Shown here: positions 1 through 9,024 of the stretch, piece after piece
How positions within the stretch are numbered: position 1 is the first letter of the stretch
Layout: each line of letters opens with the position of its first letter
NCBI GenBank assembly: GCA_027459745.1
Contig: DAIDHL010000002.1
Span: 9,113 to 73,112 of the forward strand
Direction of reading: 5' to 3'
Source of the DNA: Candidatus Levyibacteriota bacterium
GTDB lineage: Bacteria > Patescibacteriota > Microgenomatia > Levybacterales > UBA12049
DNA: 64,000 nucleotides
The notes under the pieces: generated by a model
Seen by the model: the letters and a program-made list of their open reading frames with translations, nothing else
What the model was told of the DNA's origin: nothing
Database searches by the model: none
Position numbers and translations under genes: made by a program

Positions 1-504
1 GATACAGAAAGTAAAAAGAAATAAAGCTAAAAATAATTGTCTGAGGTAAATATCCGTCTGTTACACCCGAGATAACCTCTAGACATAAGACAAAAAACAT
101 ATTGTTCCACCCAATCTTTTTATGAAAACGTAGCTTATGAAATGACTTTAACAACAAAAAAGCAATTAATGGACATATAACAAAGTCCACTAAAGAACCA
201 GGTATCATATTTAATGAATAAACACCTATTACTGACAATAACATACCGCATAATGAAGATAAGAAGAAAATTATCTGATAGAGCTCATATAAAAGTCCAT
301 CTGCAGGGAGCAAGGTACTAAATATAGTCATTAAAAATGCAAAGATTCCTAGCACATACATAATCCCTATAAATAAAGTTACCCATGGCATAAGAAAGAC
401 CAAAAATTTTTTAACAACTAATGGTAATGAAGGCATTAAATCTCTAGGTGTATATACTTTAGGCAACCTTTTCTGCTTCACTTCTATATTAAAGCACATC
501 TTTA

Positions 505-2001
505 CTAAAAGTTAATGCTTAATTGATCTGAATCCTTATCTTCATCATCAATATCAAGCCACACTTTGACCCTACCATATTCTCCGTCATAACCTGGTTG
601 AATACTAATTTCCCCTTGACGGACCTTCCCGACTGCTTTGGCCAAGTGATCTCCCCCGACTCTACTAATGTCTGACAAACTAGCATGCAATAAAACATGC
701 AATTCTGAGTGTAATTCTGAACAAAGCTTGTTATATAAATTTTGTGATTTTTGGCTATTTACTGTCGAATGCAAACTTTCCGCTGCGATTTCCAACAGAG
801 GGACTAATTTTACAAACGGTGGATGCTTCTGGCTAGGATCTGTTAACCAAACCAAACCAGCAGCATCGATTTTCTTCTCACCAACGGCCAAGTCGGTCGT
901 GCCAGCGATTTGCTGCACTCGAAACTGCACTCCTTCTGTCAATTTTCGATGACAAACCGGACAAATATTCCCTTTATCTTTAATCTCTTCCGGTCCATAA
1001 GAGACTTTACAATTTCTATGACCTGAAAAATGATATTTCCCCTCTTCTGGATAAAATTCCACCGTGTAAAGGATACGGGAGGTGTTTGAGGTACCGGATG
1101 CACCGGATGTATTTAATCCTTCCGTACCTTCGGGGCTTTTGACTCCTTTGGTACCTGTTCTCATTATTGCTTGTCTAATATTTTTATAGGTTAATTCCGC
1201 TACCTCAAACACCGTCAACTCTCTTCCCATCTTCGGTGCAGAATGTGCATCAGAAAAAGATAATATTGAACGATTTTGCAATTCAGGGATCACCCAGTTC
1301 ATTTCCGGATCACTGGAAATACCCGTTTCGATGCCATAGACATATTTTGCTAAATCGCCAAAGGCTTCTTCCAGACTGTCAAAGCCACTGGCCGAACCAT
1401 AAACGCCAAAATGCGGGGTCCAAATATGACAAGGAGTCAGAATACAACGTTCATCAATATTTAAAATCATGTCCAATAAATCATGACACGACATTCCGAT
1501 AATTGGACGGCCGTCGCTGGCAATATTGGCTCCCCTTTTAACCAACGCCTGGTTAACTTTTTCTGCTATTTCCAGGTTCGGTACAAAAACTAAATTATGA
1601 ATCCTTCTAACTTTCTCTCCTTGTTTATAAATCAAACTAATTTCTGTAGATAATAAAAAACCCACGTTCCTTCCCACGTCATTGCGAGCCTCGCCTTGGC
1701 GAGGCGTGGCAATCTCTCTCAAGATTGCTTCGTTGCTCGTTACACTCGCTCCTCGCAATGACAACTTTTCCCCAGTTTGTTTTTCGCTCTCTACCCTTTG
1801 CTTTAACTGATATATTCCTTCATTTACTTCTTCCAGTTCATTGTGTATTTCCTTAAACCACACCGGATGCGTCCAATCACCCGTGGTTAACAAATTAATG
1901 CCTTTTTGTCTGGCATAGGTAGCCATCGTTTGCAGATTCATATTGGGAGACACTGCTCGCGAAAACTTGGAGTGCAGATGCAGATCAGCAATTATTTCCA
2001 T
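505..2001 (-). CDS. PHP-domain metal-dependent phosphoesterase-like protein carrying an in-frame palindromic-element insertion
   Basis: N-terminus 'ADLHLHSKFSRA' matches PHP motif I (HxH). A CxxC...CPVCH zinc-ribbon-like segment is present. Residues ~77-106 (LSLRGASVTSNEAILREIATPRQGEARND) are encoded by the palindromic element at 1678-1762. Confidence 0.6.
   Translation of the reverse strand: MEIIADLHLHSKFSRAVSPNMNLQTMATYARQKGINLLTTGDWTHPVWFKEIHNELEEVNEGIYQLKQRVESEKQTGEKLSLRGASVTSNEAILREIATPRQGEARNDVGRNVGFLLSTEISLIYKQGEKVRRIHNLVFVPNLEIAEKVNQALVKRGANIASDGRPIIGMSCHDLLDMILNIDERCILTPCHIWTPHFGVYGSASGFDSLEEAFGDLAKYVYGIETGISSDPEMNWVIPELQNRSILSFSDAHSAPKMGRELTVFEVAELTYKNIRQAIMRTGTKGVKSPEGTEGLNTSGASGTSNTSRILYTVEFYPEEGKYHFSGHRNCKVSYGPEEIKDKGNICPVCHRKLTEGVQFRVQQIAGTTDLAVGEKKIDAAGLVWLTDPSQKHPPFVKLVPLLEIAAESLHSTVNSQKSQNLYNKLCSELHSELHVLLHASLSDISRVGGDHLAKAVGKVRQGEISIQPGYDGEYGRVKVWLDIDDEDKDSDQLSINF
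1678..1762. repeat. Nested palindromic MITE/RPE-like element, copy A, inside the PHP-domain CDS
   Basis: Terminal inverted repeat GTCATTGCGAG ... CTCGCAATGAC. Internal palindromes CCTCGCC-TT-GGCGAGG and GCAATC...GATTGC. Same architecture as copies at 11612-11688 and 23434-23526. Confidence 0.7.
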
Positions 2002-2057
2002 TCAACTATTTTAACACTTCAATTTAAGAAAATTTTGCATTACAATATTATCTCCCC

Positions 2058-2522
2058 ATGCATTCATTGGATAGCGAAAGAGGTCCCGTTTTTGGACCCC
2101 AAAAAGATAGAATAATTACTAAAGTTTTACCTTGGACTAAAGGAGTTATAACCAGTCCGTTTAGAGCTATTCAACGCAACCTCAGAGAACAAAGGATGAT
2201 TGAGACACTTGCACAAATAGGCGAAGCAAGTATGCAGACAGATAATCTGCCGTTACATCCTCTTCCCATTGAAACTTATCCCATACGTAACCCGGAAAGA
2301 AGATATCTTTTTAATCTTGCACGTCAATATATCAAGGGTTCTCAACACCCCATTCACGAAACAGTTTATAGAGCCATCCGGGCAAAGGGAATCTTAGATG
2401 CCCAAGACTTACCTGCAGGAATAGATAATCAAGGGGTAACTAAACTTTTAGGAGACGTGGTCAAAGATTCTGGGGAAACTTTGGTCTTTCAATCTTTAGT
2501 AAGATATAAAAAAACAGAATAA
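2058..2522 (+). CDS. Hypothetical protein
   Basis: 154-aa ORF with no recognisable motif. True start uncertain. Confidence 0.3.
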   Translation: MHSLDSERGPVFGPQKDRIITKVLPWTKGVITSPFRAIQRNLREQRMIETLAQIGEASMQTDNLPLHPLPIETYPIRNPERRYLFNLARQYIKGSQHPIHETVYRAIRAKGILDAQDLPAGIDNQGVTKLLGDVVKDSGETLVFQSLVRYKKTE

Positions 2523-2551
2523 TGCTATAACTACTAAGGCTAAATACTTGA

Positions 2552-3160
2552 GTGCTTATTGCAAATCTACCTGATCCATACTATAATCCATCCTATAATA
2601 TGTTCTTTTGGTATATCTTAATCATCATTATAGCCTTGTTCCTTCTAATCTACCTCTGGAGCACGTATAATGCCTTCATTCGCAGCCGTAACCAGGTCAA
2701 AACTGACTTTGCCAACGTCGATGTCCAGCTCAAGCGCCGAGCCTCACTCATAGATAATCTAGTAGAAGTCGTCAGAGAGTATTCTAAGCACGAAAAAGAC
2801 ACTTTCCAGAACGTCGCACTCGCACGTTCAGCCCTCAATCAGCCACATGGTCCCAAAGAAGCTGCTCATGTTGAAAATATGCTGGCAGATACCATGAAAA
2901 CGTTGTTTGCCGTCTCTGAAAGCTATCCCAAACTACGCGCCTCTGAAAACTATCAAAGATTACAGGGGGATTTAAAAGAAACCGAGGATAATATTGCCAA
3001 ATATCGTGAAACTTATAATCAAAGTGTTATGGCTTACAACACACTTATCCAGATCTTCCCTAACCTGCTGGTTTCAGGCTTATTTGGCTTCCCAGAAGAA
3101 GAACTTTTTCAAGCTATGGGTACTGACCGCGATAGTATAGTAATCAAACCAGGCAAATAA
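2552..3160 (+). CDS. lemA: LemA family membrane protein
   Basis: N-terminal TM helix, then the characteristic LemA C-terminal pattern (...YRETYNQSVMAYNTLIQIFPNLLVSGLFGFPEEELFQA). Confidence 0.8.
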   Translation: MLIANLPDPYYNPSYNMFFWYILIIIIALFLLIYLWSTYNAFIRSRNQVKTDFANVDVQLKRRASLIDNLVEVVREYSKHEKDTFQNVALARSALNQPHGPKEAAHVENMLADTMKTLFAVSESYPKLRASENYQRLQGDLKETEDNIAKYRETYNQSVMAYNTLIQIFPNLLVSGLFGFPEEELFQAMGTDRDSIVIKPGK

Positions 3161-3162
3161 CT

Positions 3163-3747
3163 ATGGATACACAACCAACCACACCTAGTTATCAAGTAGG
3201 CATGGGCGATGCTCTTCTTTTCCGTTCTCGGGTCATTTTTATTGTCTTTTTTCTCTTAATGCTGGGCATAATTGTGGGAGCAATATATGCCGCCAATGCG
3301 ACTGGCGATATTCAGCGTGCTCAAAAATCACTTGCTCAAGGCTGGACCGAATTTAGCAAAGCATTGAGTGACAATTCTACTAATCCCCAAGCGAATATTC
3401 CGTCCTTCACCCCTCTTAACTCCTCCACTTCGTCAGCGGAAACGACTACCACAACTACCAATTATAACTATGGTTCTTCCTCTAATGATAATATCGCCTA
3501 TCCCACCGCCGAACCAACTATCGACTATAACGCCAAATTACGTCAAGCTGGACAAGCCGCACAAGCTGAATACAACCAACAAGTACAACAAGATAATGCT
3601 GCTTTTCAACAAGGAGCACAACAAAATCAGCAACAATATAATGCTGCTAATACTCAGGCACAACAGCAAATGGATCAATTTAAGCAACAATCAGATCAAA
3701 AAACTTTGGAGTTCCAGCAGCAATACGGTATCACACCAATGCCTTAA
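3163..3747 (+). CDS. Membrane protein with Q/N-rich C-terminal tail
   Basis: One TM helix followed by S/T and Q-rich low-complexity sequence. C-terminal motif 'PTAEPTIDYNAKLRQ' is also present in the 24956..26152 protein. Confidence 0.4.
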   Translation: MDTQPTTPSYQVGMGDALLFRSRVIFIVFFLLMLGIIVGAIYAANATGDIQRAQKSLAQGWTEFSKALSDNSTNPQANIPSFTPLNSSTSSAETTTTTTNYNYGSSSNDNIAYPTAEPTIDYNAKLRQAGQAAQAEYNQQVQQDNAAFQQGAQQNQQQYNAANTQAQQQMDQFKQQSDQKTLEFQQQYGITPMP

Positions 3748-3753
3748 TTAAGA

Positions 3754-5538
3754 TTATTTCTTCTCTTGTTCATTGTACATTTCGATTAATTCTTTGACAC
3801 TAGTCGCATCTTCTGGCTTTTTATCTCTATCACGGAAAGACACTAAGCGTGGGAATCTCAAGGCATAGCCAGTTGGCCGCTCTTCTACTTTGTCTTCTTT
3901 TGCGGCTGTTTTTTCATTTTGGGACATGCCGGCTGTATGCAATGGACTACGCGTAATTTCATCCGCCAAAACTTCAATTACAATTTCAGGTCTGACCCAC
4001 ACACTGGGAATAATCAAAGAATTAACCCGCGCCGGCTTATGTTCTACTTTAATTTTATCGGCCCGTTTATGAATCTCTTGCCACTCAATATCCGTCAAGC
4101 CTGTACCAATCTTACTGACGGACACGAACTCATCATTCTTTTCATCATACACTCCCACCAATAAAGCACCCGCGCCAAAGGCCGTACGTTTGCCTTTGCC
4201 GATAATATACCCGAGAATCACACAATCTATGGTGTCATGCAATTCACCGGCTGCATGACGCTTTAATTTGACCCAGTTAAAGTTACGTCCGCCAGCTTGA
4301 TATGCTGAATCAGTTCGTTTGACTACCACCCCTTCCAAACCTTTGGAGATACTATCTTCCAACATGGTCTGCACTTCAGAGGCTTTATGCAAAACCTTGC
4401 CAGGAGCTGGAATAAGTACTTCATCTCCATGTATCGCCTTTTTTATATATTCCAAGCGCTCCAATAAAGGCGTGTCCAATAGTGATTTACCATCGTAATA
4501 CAAAATATCGAATACAAATGCACGCAAGGGCAAACTTTTGGACACTTCCTCGATATTATGTTTGCGACGACGTTTGGTAGTTTCCTGAAAAGGCAAAAAC
4601 TCTTCTGATTCAGGTTGATAGGCCAAGGCTTCTGAATCCAAAATTACTGATTTGACTTTGACTTGTTTTCTCACGCCTTCAATCAAATCAGGAAACATGT
4701 GAGTCATATCCTCCAAGTTACGCGAAAACATTTCCACTTTGTCGCCATTTTTGTGAATCTGCACGCGAAAACCATCGTATTTGGGCGTCACATGTACACC
4801 CGGATTTTTCTCGTCAACCATTTTCTCAATTACTTTGACAGGATTGGGCAAACGTTCACATAATTCAGAACGAATGGGACGGCCAACGTGCACTTGCAGT
4901 TTTTTAACCGCTTCCAAACCGCCTTCCCATAGAGTTTGCGCAATCAAACCCAAATCTGAAGTTTCGTTGTAGGCTTTCTCCAGTTGTTTTCTATTAGATT
5001 TATCTCCCAGTTTGGCCGTAGCCAACCCATCCAAAATAGTTGGATCACCTATACCAAGACGATTATTACCAAGAGGAATTCGCACTAAATGTTTGGCAGC
5101 TGTACTATCACATTGTTTTAATAATTCAGCTAAGAGTTTTTGCTTTTTATCTACTGATCCCTCTCCGCCCGTATGAGCAATCTCGGTTAAAGTATCAAAC
5201 ACTTCTTTGATCGACAACTTTGAACTCTTCACTTTAAACTTTTCACTTAGTTGCTTGGCAGCTAATCCCATATCGCCCAATTTGTTATACAGTTGCAAAA
5301 CTTTTTCTTTTTCTTCGCCACAGGCAAAGCCCAGGGCGGCCGCCACATTTTTATCAGCCATGCCAATCTCAATTGGTGCATAAAAAGGAGCTACCCTACC
5401 CTGGGAGAGATAAACTATTTTCTCGATTTCGTCTTTGTGTGCTTGTTTAAATAAATCAGATAAAATTTCGATCAAAGATAAACGAGAGGACGTTTCCTCC
5501 ATTTTCTCGAAATATGTAGTTAATTCTGCAAATGTCAT
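3754..5538 (-). CDS. lig: ATP-dependent DNA ligase
   Basis: Adenylation motif I 'KYDGFRVQIH' (KxDG.R) and motif 'EGVVVK'. Length is about 590 aa. Confidence 0.85.
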   Translation of the reverse strand: MTFAELTTYFEKMEETSSRLSLIEILSDLFKQAHKDEIEKIVYLSQGRVAPFYAPIEIGMADKNVAAALGFACGEEKEKVLQLYNKLGDMGLAAKQLSEKFKVKSSKLSIKEVFDTLTEIAHTGGEGSVDKKQKLLAELLKQCDSTAAKHLVRIPLGNNRLGIGDPTILDGLATAKLGDKSNRKQLEKAYNETSDLGLIAQTLWEGGLEAVKKLQVHVGRPIRSELCERLPNPVKVIEKMVDEKNPGVHVTPKYDGFRVQIHKNGDKVEMFSRNLEDMTHMFPDLIEGVRKQVKVKSVILDSEALAYQPESEEFLPFQETTKRRRKHNIEEVSKSLPLRAFVFDILYYDGKSLLDTPLLERLEYIKKAIHGDEVLIPAPGKVLHKASEVQTMLEDSISKGLEGVVVKRTDSAYQAGGRNFNWVKLKRHAAGELHDTIDCVILGYIIGKGKRTAFGAGALLVGVYDEKNDEFVSVSKIGTGLTDIEWQEIHKRADKIKVEHKPARVNSLIIPSVWVRPEIVIEVLADEITRSPLHTAGMSQNEKTAAKEDKVEERPTGYALRFPRLVSFRDRDKKPEDATSVKELIEMYNEQEKK

Positions 5539-5553
5539 AAAAATTATTATCCT

Positions 5554-6150
5554 TTAACTCCCTAATTTTATCCGCAAACGCTGACCTGCCATCTGTGCAC
5601 TCGATAGAGGTTTGATAACCTCTATTTTAATTCCCGTAGCTTTTTCAATTTTACCATATATATTCACTACTTCTTCTCTAGCCTCGGTAATATAGCTTTG
5701 TATACCCAGATTTCTAAGTACCTGTATCTCCTGGGTTAATAACTCGGTGCCAATCCCTTTTCTTCGCCAATCATGGCCGACACCTATTTTATCCTCTATT
5801 AGAGTAGAACCCACTTCATCTTTACGTGCAAAGGAAAAGAATGAATAACCTACAATCTGTCCTTTATCATTTTTAGCTAAAAGTAATCTAAAAGGGTTGT
5901 TAAGTTTCTTTTGTAAACTAAGATCTTTATGCGCCATAGCGTGTACACCCACATCTGACAAGCGCATACTAGCCTCATTAGACTCAGGTGGTTGTGATAA
6001 TGCAAACTTTTGAGCTGCTATCATTTCATTCGATATAAAATTGCGAAAATCTTGGACATCTTGTTCTGTAAGAGTGGTCTCATTTTTTTCAAGAAATTTT
6101 ATTTCCGGCGTAATATTTTCAGAGGTATTGGCTGGCAAAGATTCGCTCAT
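5554..6150 (-). CDS. GNAT family N-acetyltransferase
   Basis: Acetyl-CoA binding motif 'RRKGIGTELL' (R/Q-x-x-G-x-G/A). Confidence 0.6.
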   Translation of the reverse strand: MSESLPANTSENITPEIKFLEKNETTLTEQDVQDFRNFISNEMIAAQKFALSQPPESNEASMRLSDVGVHAMAHKDLSLQKKLNNPFRLLLAKNDKGQIVGYSFFSFARKDEVGSTLIEDKIGVGHDWRRKGIGTELLTQEIQVLRNLGIQSYITEAREEVVNIYGKIEKATGIKIEVIKPLSSAQMAGQRLRIKLGS

Positions 6151-6179
6151 AAAATTTTAGCTTACTTAACTTTTTAAGA

Positions 6180-7232
6180 TTAAGCCATTATATACTTTGC
6201 GGCCTTGGTTTTTCCAGTCTTTTTAACTAGTCCTGCATTTAATAACACCTTTAATTCATTTAAAACAGTGTCTTCCGAGACCATGGGAAACAAAGAACTG
6301 AAAGCGGCATTTTGCAAATACCCTGTTTCCTGAATGTACTCAATTATCTTAATTTGGCGCTCTGATAAAAGTAAAGGACGCCCACCTAATTTGGCTTTTA
6401 ATTTACTGTCCACAGAGATTTTTTCGACTTTGTCCTTAATCTTGGATAATTCACTCGCTAACCCTCGACAGAAGTATTCTAACCATTCAGTGAGATCACC
6501 GTCACGTTTTCCCACACTTTGCAAGGCCGCATAATACGCAGCTGAATCGCGATCAAAATATTCTTCCAAAGAAAAGAAACGACGGATGTCATAACCTTCT
6601 TGAAACAGAATCAATGTAGATAAAGCCCGAGCTACGCGGCCATTGCCATCAACAAAAGGATGCACCCGCACAAACTCATAATGCACAATCCCTGACTTCA
6701 AAACGGGATGTAAATCATCGGCTGAAGTAGTCTGAATAAACTCAATTAAATCTTTCATGCCTGGTTCCACCACCTCAGCCGCTGGCGGACGGAAAGACAC
6801 TTCTTTGGTCAGTGAATTACGAATGACGACTTGAGTTGTACGAAACTCCCCACTCTTTTCTTCACCTAAAATTTTATCTACCGTCATTTTATGCAGCAGC
6901 TTAATAAAATTCGCACTAATTTTGAAGCCTGAACTCTGATTAGTAGCTTCCCCGATATAATCCATCACTTTGCGGTAATTAATTACTTCCTGAATATCGC
7001 GTTCACGCGCAATAATATCCTCGCCTTCCAAGATCTTTTCTGCCTGGGTTTTATTCAGTTCATTTCCTTCAATATGTGTCCCATGATAAACCGCTCGCAC
7101 CAAAGCTTCCTGTTGAAATTTCTTTTCATAGTAGGGCAACAATGGAGCATTATCGATGATCTCTTTGCTACCTTCCACCGCCCCGATATATTTGAGAATT
7201 GAATTGGTAATAGAATATTTAGGTTGATACAT
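6180..7232 (-). CDS. Fic family protein (probable AMPylase) with C-terminal wHTH
   Basis: Canonical Fic motif 'HPFVDGNGRVARAL' (HPFx[DE]GNGR). Confidence 0.85.
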   Translation of the reverse strand: MYQPKYSITNSILKYIGAVEGSKEIIDNAPLLPYYEKKFQQEALVRAVYHGTHIEGNELNKTQAEKILEGEDIIARERDIQEVINYRKVMDYIGEATNQSSGFKISANFIKLLHKMTVDKILGEEKSGEFRTTQVVIRNSLTKEVSFRPPAAEVVEPGMKDLIEFIQTTSADDLHPVLKSGIVHYEFVRVHPFVDGNGRVARALSTLILFQEGYDIRRFFSLEEYFDRDSAAYYAALQSVGKRDGDLTEWLEYFCRGLASELSKIKDKVEKISVDSKLKAKLGGRPLLLSERQIKIIEYIQETGYLQNAAFSSLFPMVSEDTVLNELKVLLNAGLVKKTGKTKAAKYIMA

Positions 7233-7355
7233 ATCGAATCAAAAGGAGCGAGATACAAGATTTTAATAATTTTATCTTGCCACAATTCCCGAACAAAAAC
7301 AACCAGTTTGATGGCTATACTTTATACTTAATCGTGACTTTGCTATACTCCAGAT

Positions 7356-7652
7356 ATGGCTACTAAACATATAGATACTCCGGCAGAACAAAAAGCCAAA
7401 CTACATATTGAATTACTGCGACAAATGGTCACCTTGGCTACCAGTGGATTTGGCTTAGTAGCAGCACTGGCCTGGAATAGTTTAATTCAAACATTCGTAA
7501 CTACCTATATCAAGAAATGGCTGCCACAAGGGGGAGATCTAATATCACTATTAATCTATGCTCTAGTGGTCACCCTAATTGCAGTTATCGTGACTTATAA
7601 TCTTAGTGCTACGCTTAAAAGACTAGAAGCTTTACAAAATAAAGAATCATGA
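7356..7652 (+). CDS. Small two-TM membrane protein
   Basis: 98 aa with two hydrophobic helices. Its stop overlaps the next gene's start (ATGA). Confidence 0.4.
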   Translation: MATKHIDTPAEQKAKLHIELLRQMVTLATSGFGLVAALAWNSLIQTFVTTYIKKWLPQGGDLISLLIYALVVTLIAVIVTYNLSATLKRLEALQNKES

Positions 7653-8044
7653 GTTTTGTGGAAAGAACTGGAAGCTGTAAATATAAAGACCTTAGAAAAT
7701 CAACAATTAAACTCGTAGGAACATCCTTACTAGCTACCTTGGGCATATTTCTTACAAAGACAGCAATTGAACCTAATTCTACCACCCAAGTAATCTGTGC
7801 TTCTGATATTAATCCTTATTCGTGTGAAATGGTTGTTAGACCTATGAATGAATATTTAACGGCAATCGAACATCCTATATTTACTGCTTCCTCCCTGGTC
7901 TTGGCTGGAGTAGGAACTATTGCGGCAAATATTCAACTAGGTAGAACTATTAATTTGCTGGCAGAAAAAAAACCTCTTAAAACAGGAGTAACTATCAAAA
8001 ATTTATATCCCCAAATTACCCCTGAGAAATCAAAGATTGCTTAA
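7649..8044 (+). CDS. Hypothetical protein with N-terminal TM/signal
   Basis: 131-aa ORF translationally coupled to the upstream gene. Confidence 0.3.
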   Translation: MSFVERTGSCKYKDLRKSTIKLVGTSLLATLGIFLTKTAIEPNSTTQVICASDINPYSCEMVVRPMNEYLTAIEHPIFTASSLVLAGVGTIAANIQLGRTINLLAEKKPLKTGVTIKNLYPQITPEKSKIA

Positions 8045-8911
8045 CTTTTTCATAACCCCTGGTATCTCTCTAACTAAATCACTTGAATTGAAGTAGTAAC
8101 CTACCTTTTCAAATAAGCTTTCTGCAGCTTTTTTATTGATGTACGAACCCACAGCTGCACTCAAAAATAACTCGTTCTTAGTCGACAACGCAGCAATTAA
8201 CCCTGCTAAAACATCCCCGGTTCCACCCTTAGTCATGCCTGCATTACCACCTCCTATGCGCATACATTTTTCTCCTGAACAGACAAAATCCTCTTTGCCT
8301 TTCAAAACAATAATACAGTTATATTTTTGTGCCATCTTCTCTGCGTTTTCTGAATTAGCAGTTATCTCAAACACTCTCTCAAACTCCTGGTGATGTGGAG
8401 TTAAAATAACTTGGCCATTTAATTGAAACAAATCATTTAGATCCAACATCTGCAAAGCACCTGCATCAACTACCCATCTTTTCTTTGCCCACTTATGCAT
8501 TAAATATTTGGTAATAAAGTATGTTTTCTCACCTTCTGAATCGACCTTCTCTTTAATGGCTTGAATAGAATCTAAGTGTTCCAGTCCGCTAACTTTATAA
8601 TCCTCTCTCTCCATTCCAGGACCTATCAAAATAGTATCAGCTTCATAAGCATAATAATCAATATCTTCTTCCTGTACCACTATTCCGTTTTTGAATTGCT
8701 CCTTGGCTGCTTGGATAATTTGCAAATTTTCTGACACTGAAGCAAAAAATACCATATCAACAATTTTAGAAGCAATTTCTAAAGCCCAAATTGGTGATGC
8801 ATGAAATAATGGAGATCCTCCAACTAGTAATAGTTTTCCGTTTTGGCCTTTATGTGAACCTGCTGGAGGAATATAGAGATCTTTTAATAAGTCTGGATTG
8901 AATGTTTGCAT
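8030..8911 (-). CDS. nnrD: ADP/ATP-dependent NAD(P)H-hydrate dehydratase (YjeF C-terminal domain family)
   Basis: 'GGNAGMTKGGTGDVLAGLIAAL' motif and 'GPGMERED'. The ORF extends to 8971, but Met21 (MQTFNPDLL...) at 8911 is the likely start. The upstream 60 nt belong to an intergenic repeat. Confidence 0.75.
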   Translation of the reverse strand: MQTFNPDLLKDLYIPPAGSHKGQNGKLLLVGGSPLFHASPIWALEIASKIVDMVFFASVSENLQIIQAAKEQFKNGIVVQEEDIDYYAYEADTILIGPGMEREDYKVSGLEHLDSIQAIKEKVDSEGEKTYFITKYLMHKWAKKRWVVDAGALQMLDLNDLFQLNGQVILTPHHQEFERVFEITANSENAEKMAQKYNCIIVLKGKEDFVCSGEKCMRIGGGNAGMTKGGTGDVLAGLIAALSTKNELFLSAAVGSYINKKAAESLFEKVGYYFNSSDLVREIPGVMKKLSNL

Positions 8912-8934
8912 AATATTTAAATGTTCTACCTCTA

Positions 8935-9020
8935 CTCTTAGGAGAGGGTTGGGGTGAGGTTTGAAAAACAACCAAACACCTAATTTAACCTCATCCTATC
9001 CTTCTCCTTTTAGGAGAAGG
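8935..9020. repeat. Intergenic palindromic motif, copy 1 (GGAGAGGGTTGGGGTGAGGTT...AACCAAACA)
   Basis: Near-identical core to 14465-14530. Both copies lie 25-60 nt upstream of a minus-strand start codon. Confidence 0.5.
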
Positions 9021-9024
9021 CATA

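Noticed and set aside
668-952. Antisense ORFs inside larger genes (e.g. 668..952, 1236..1502, 31074..31568, 45218..45490, 53213..53434, 56049..56258)
   Set aside because: They lie entirely within, and opposite to, long ORFs that carry strong conserved motifs. These are typical shadow ORFs with odd composition, and none has a recognisable domain.
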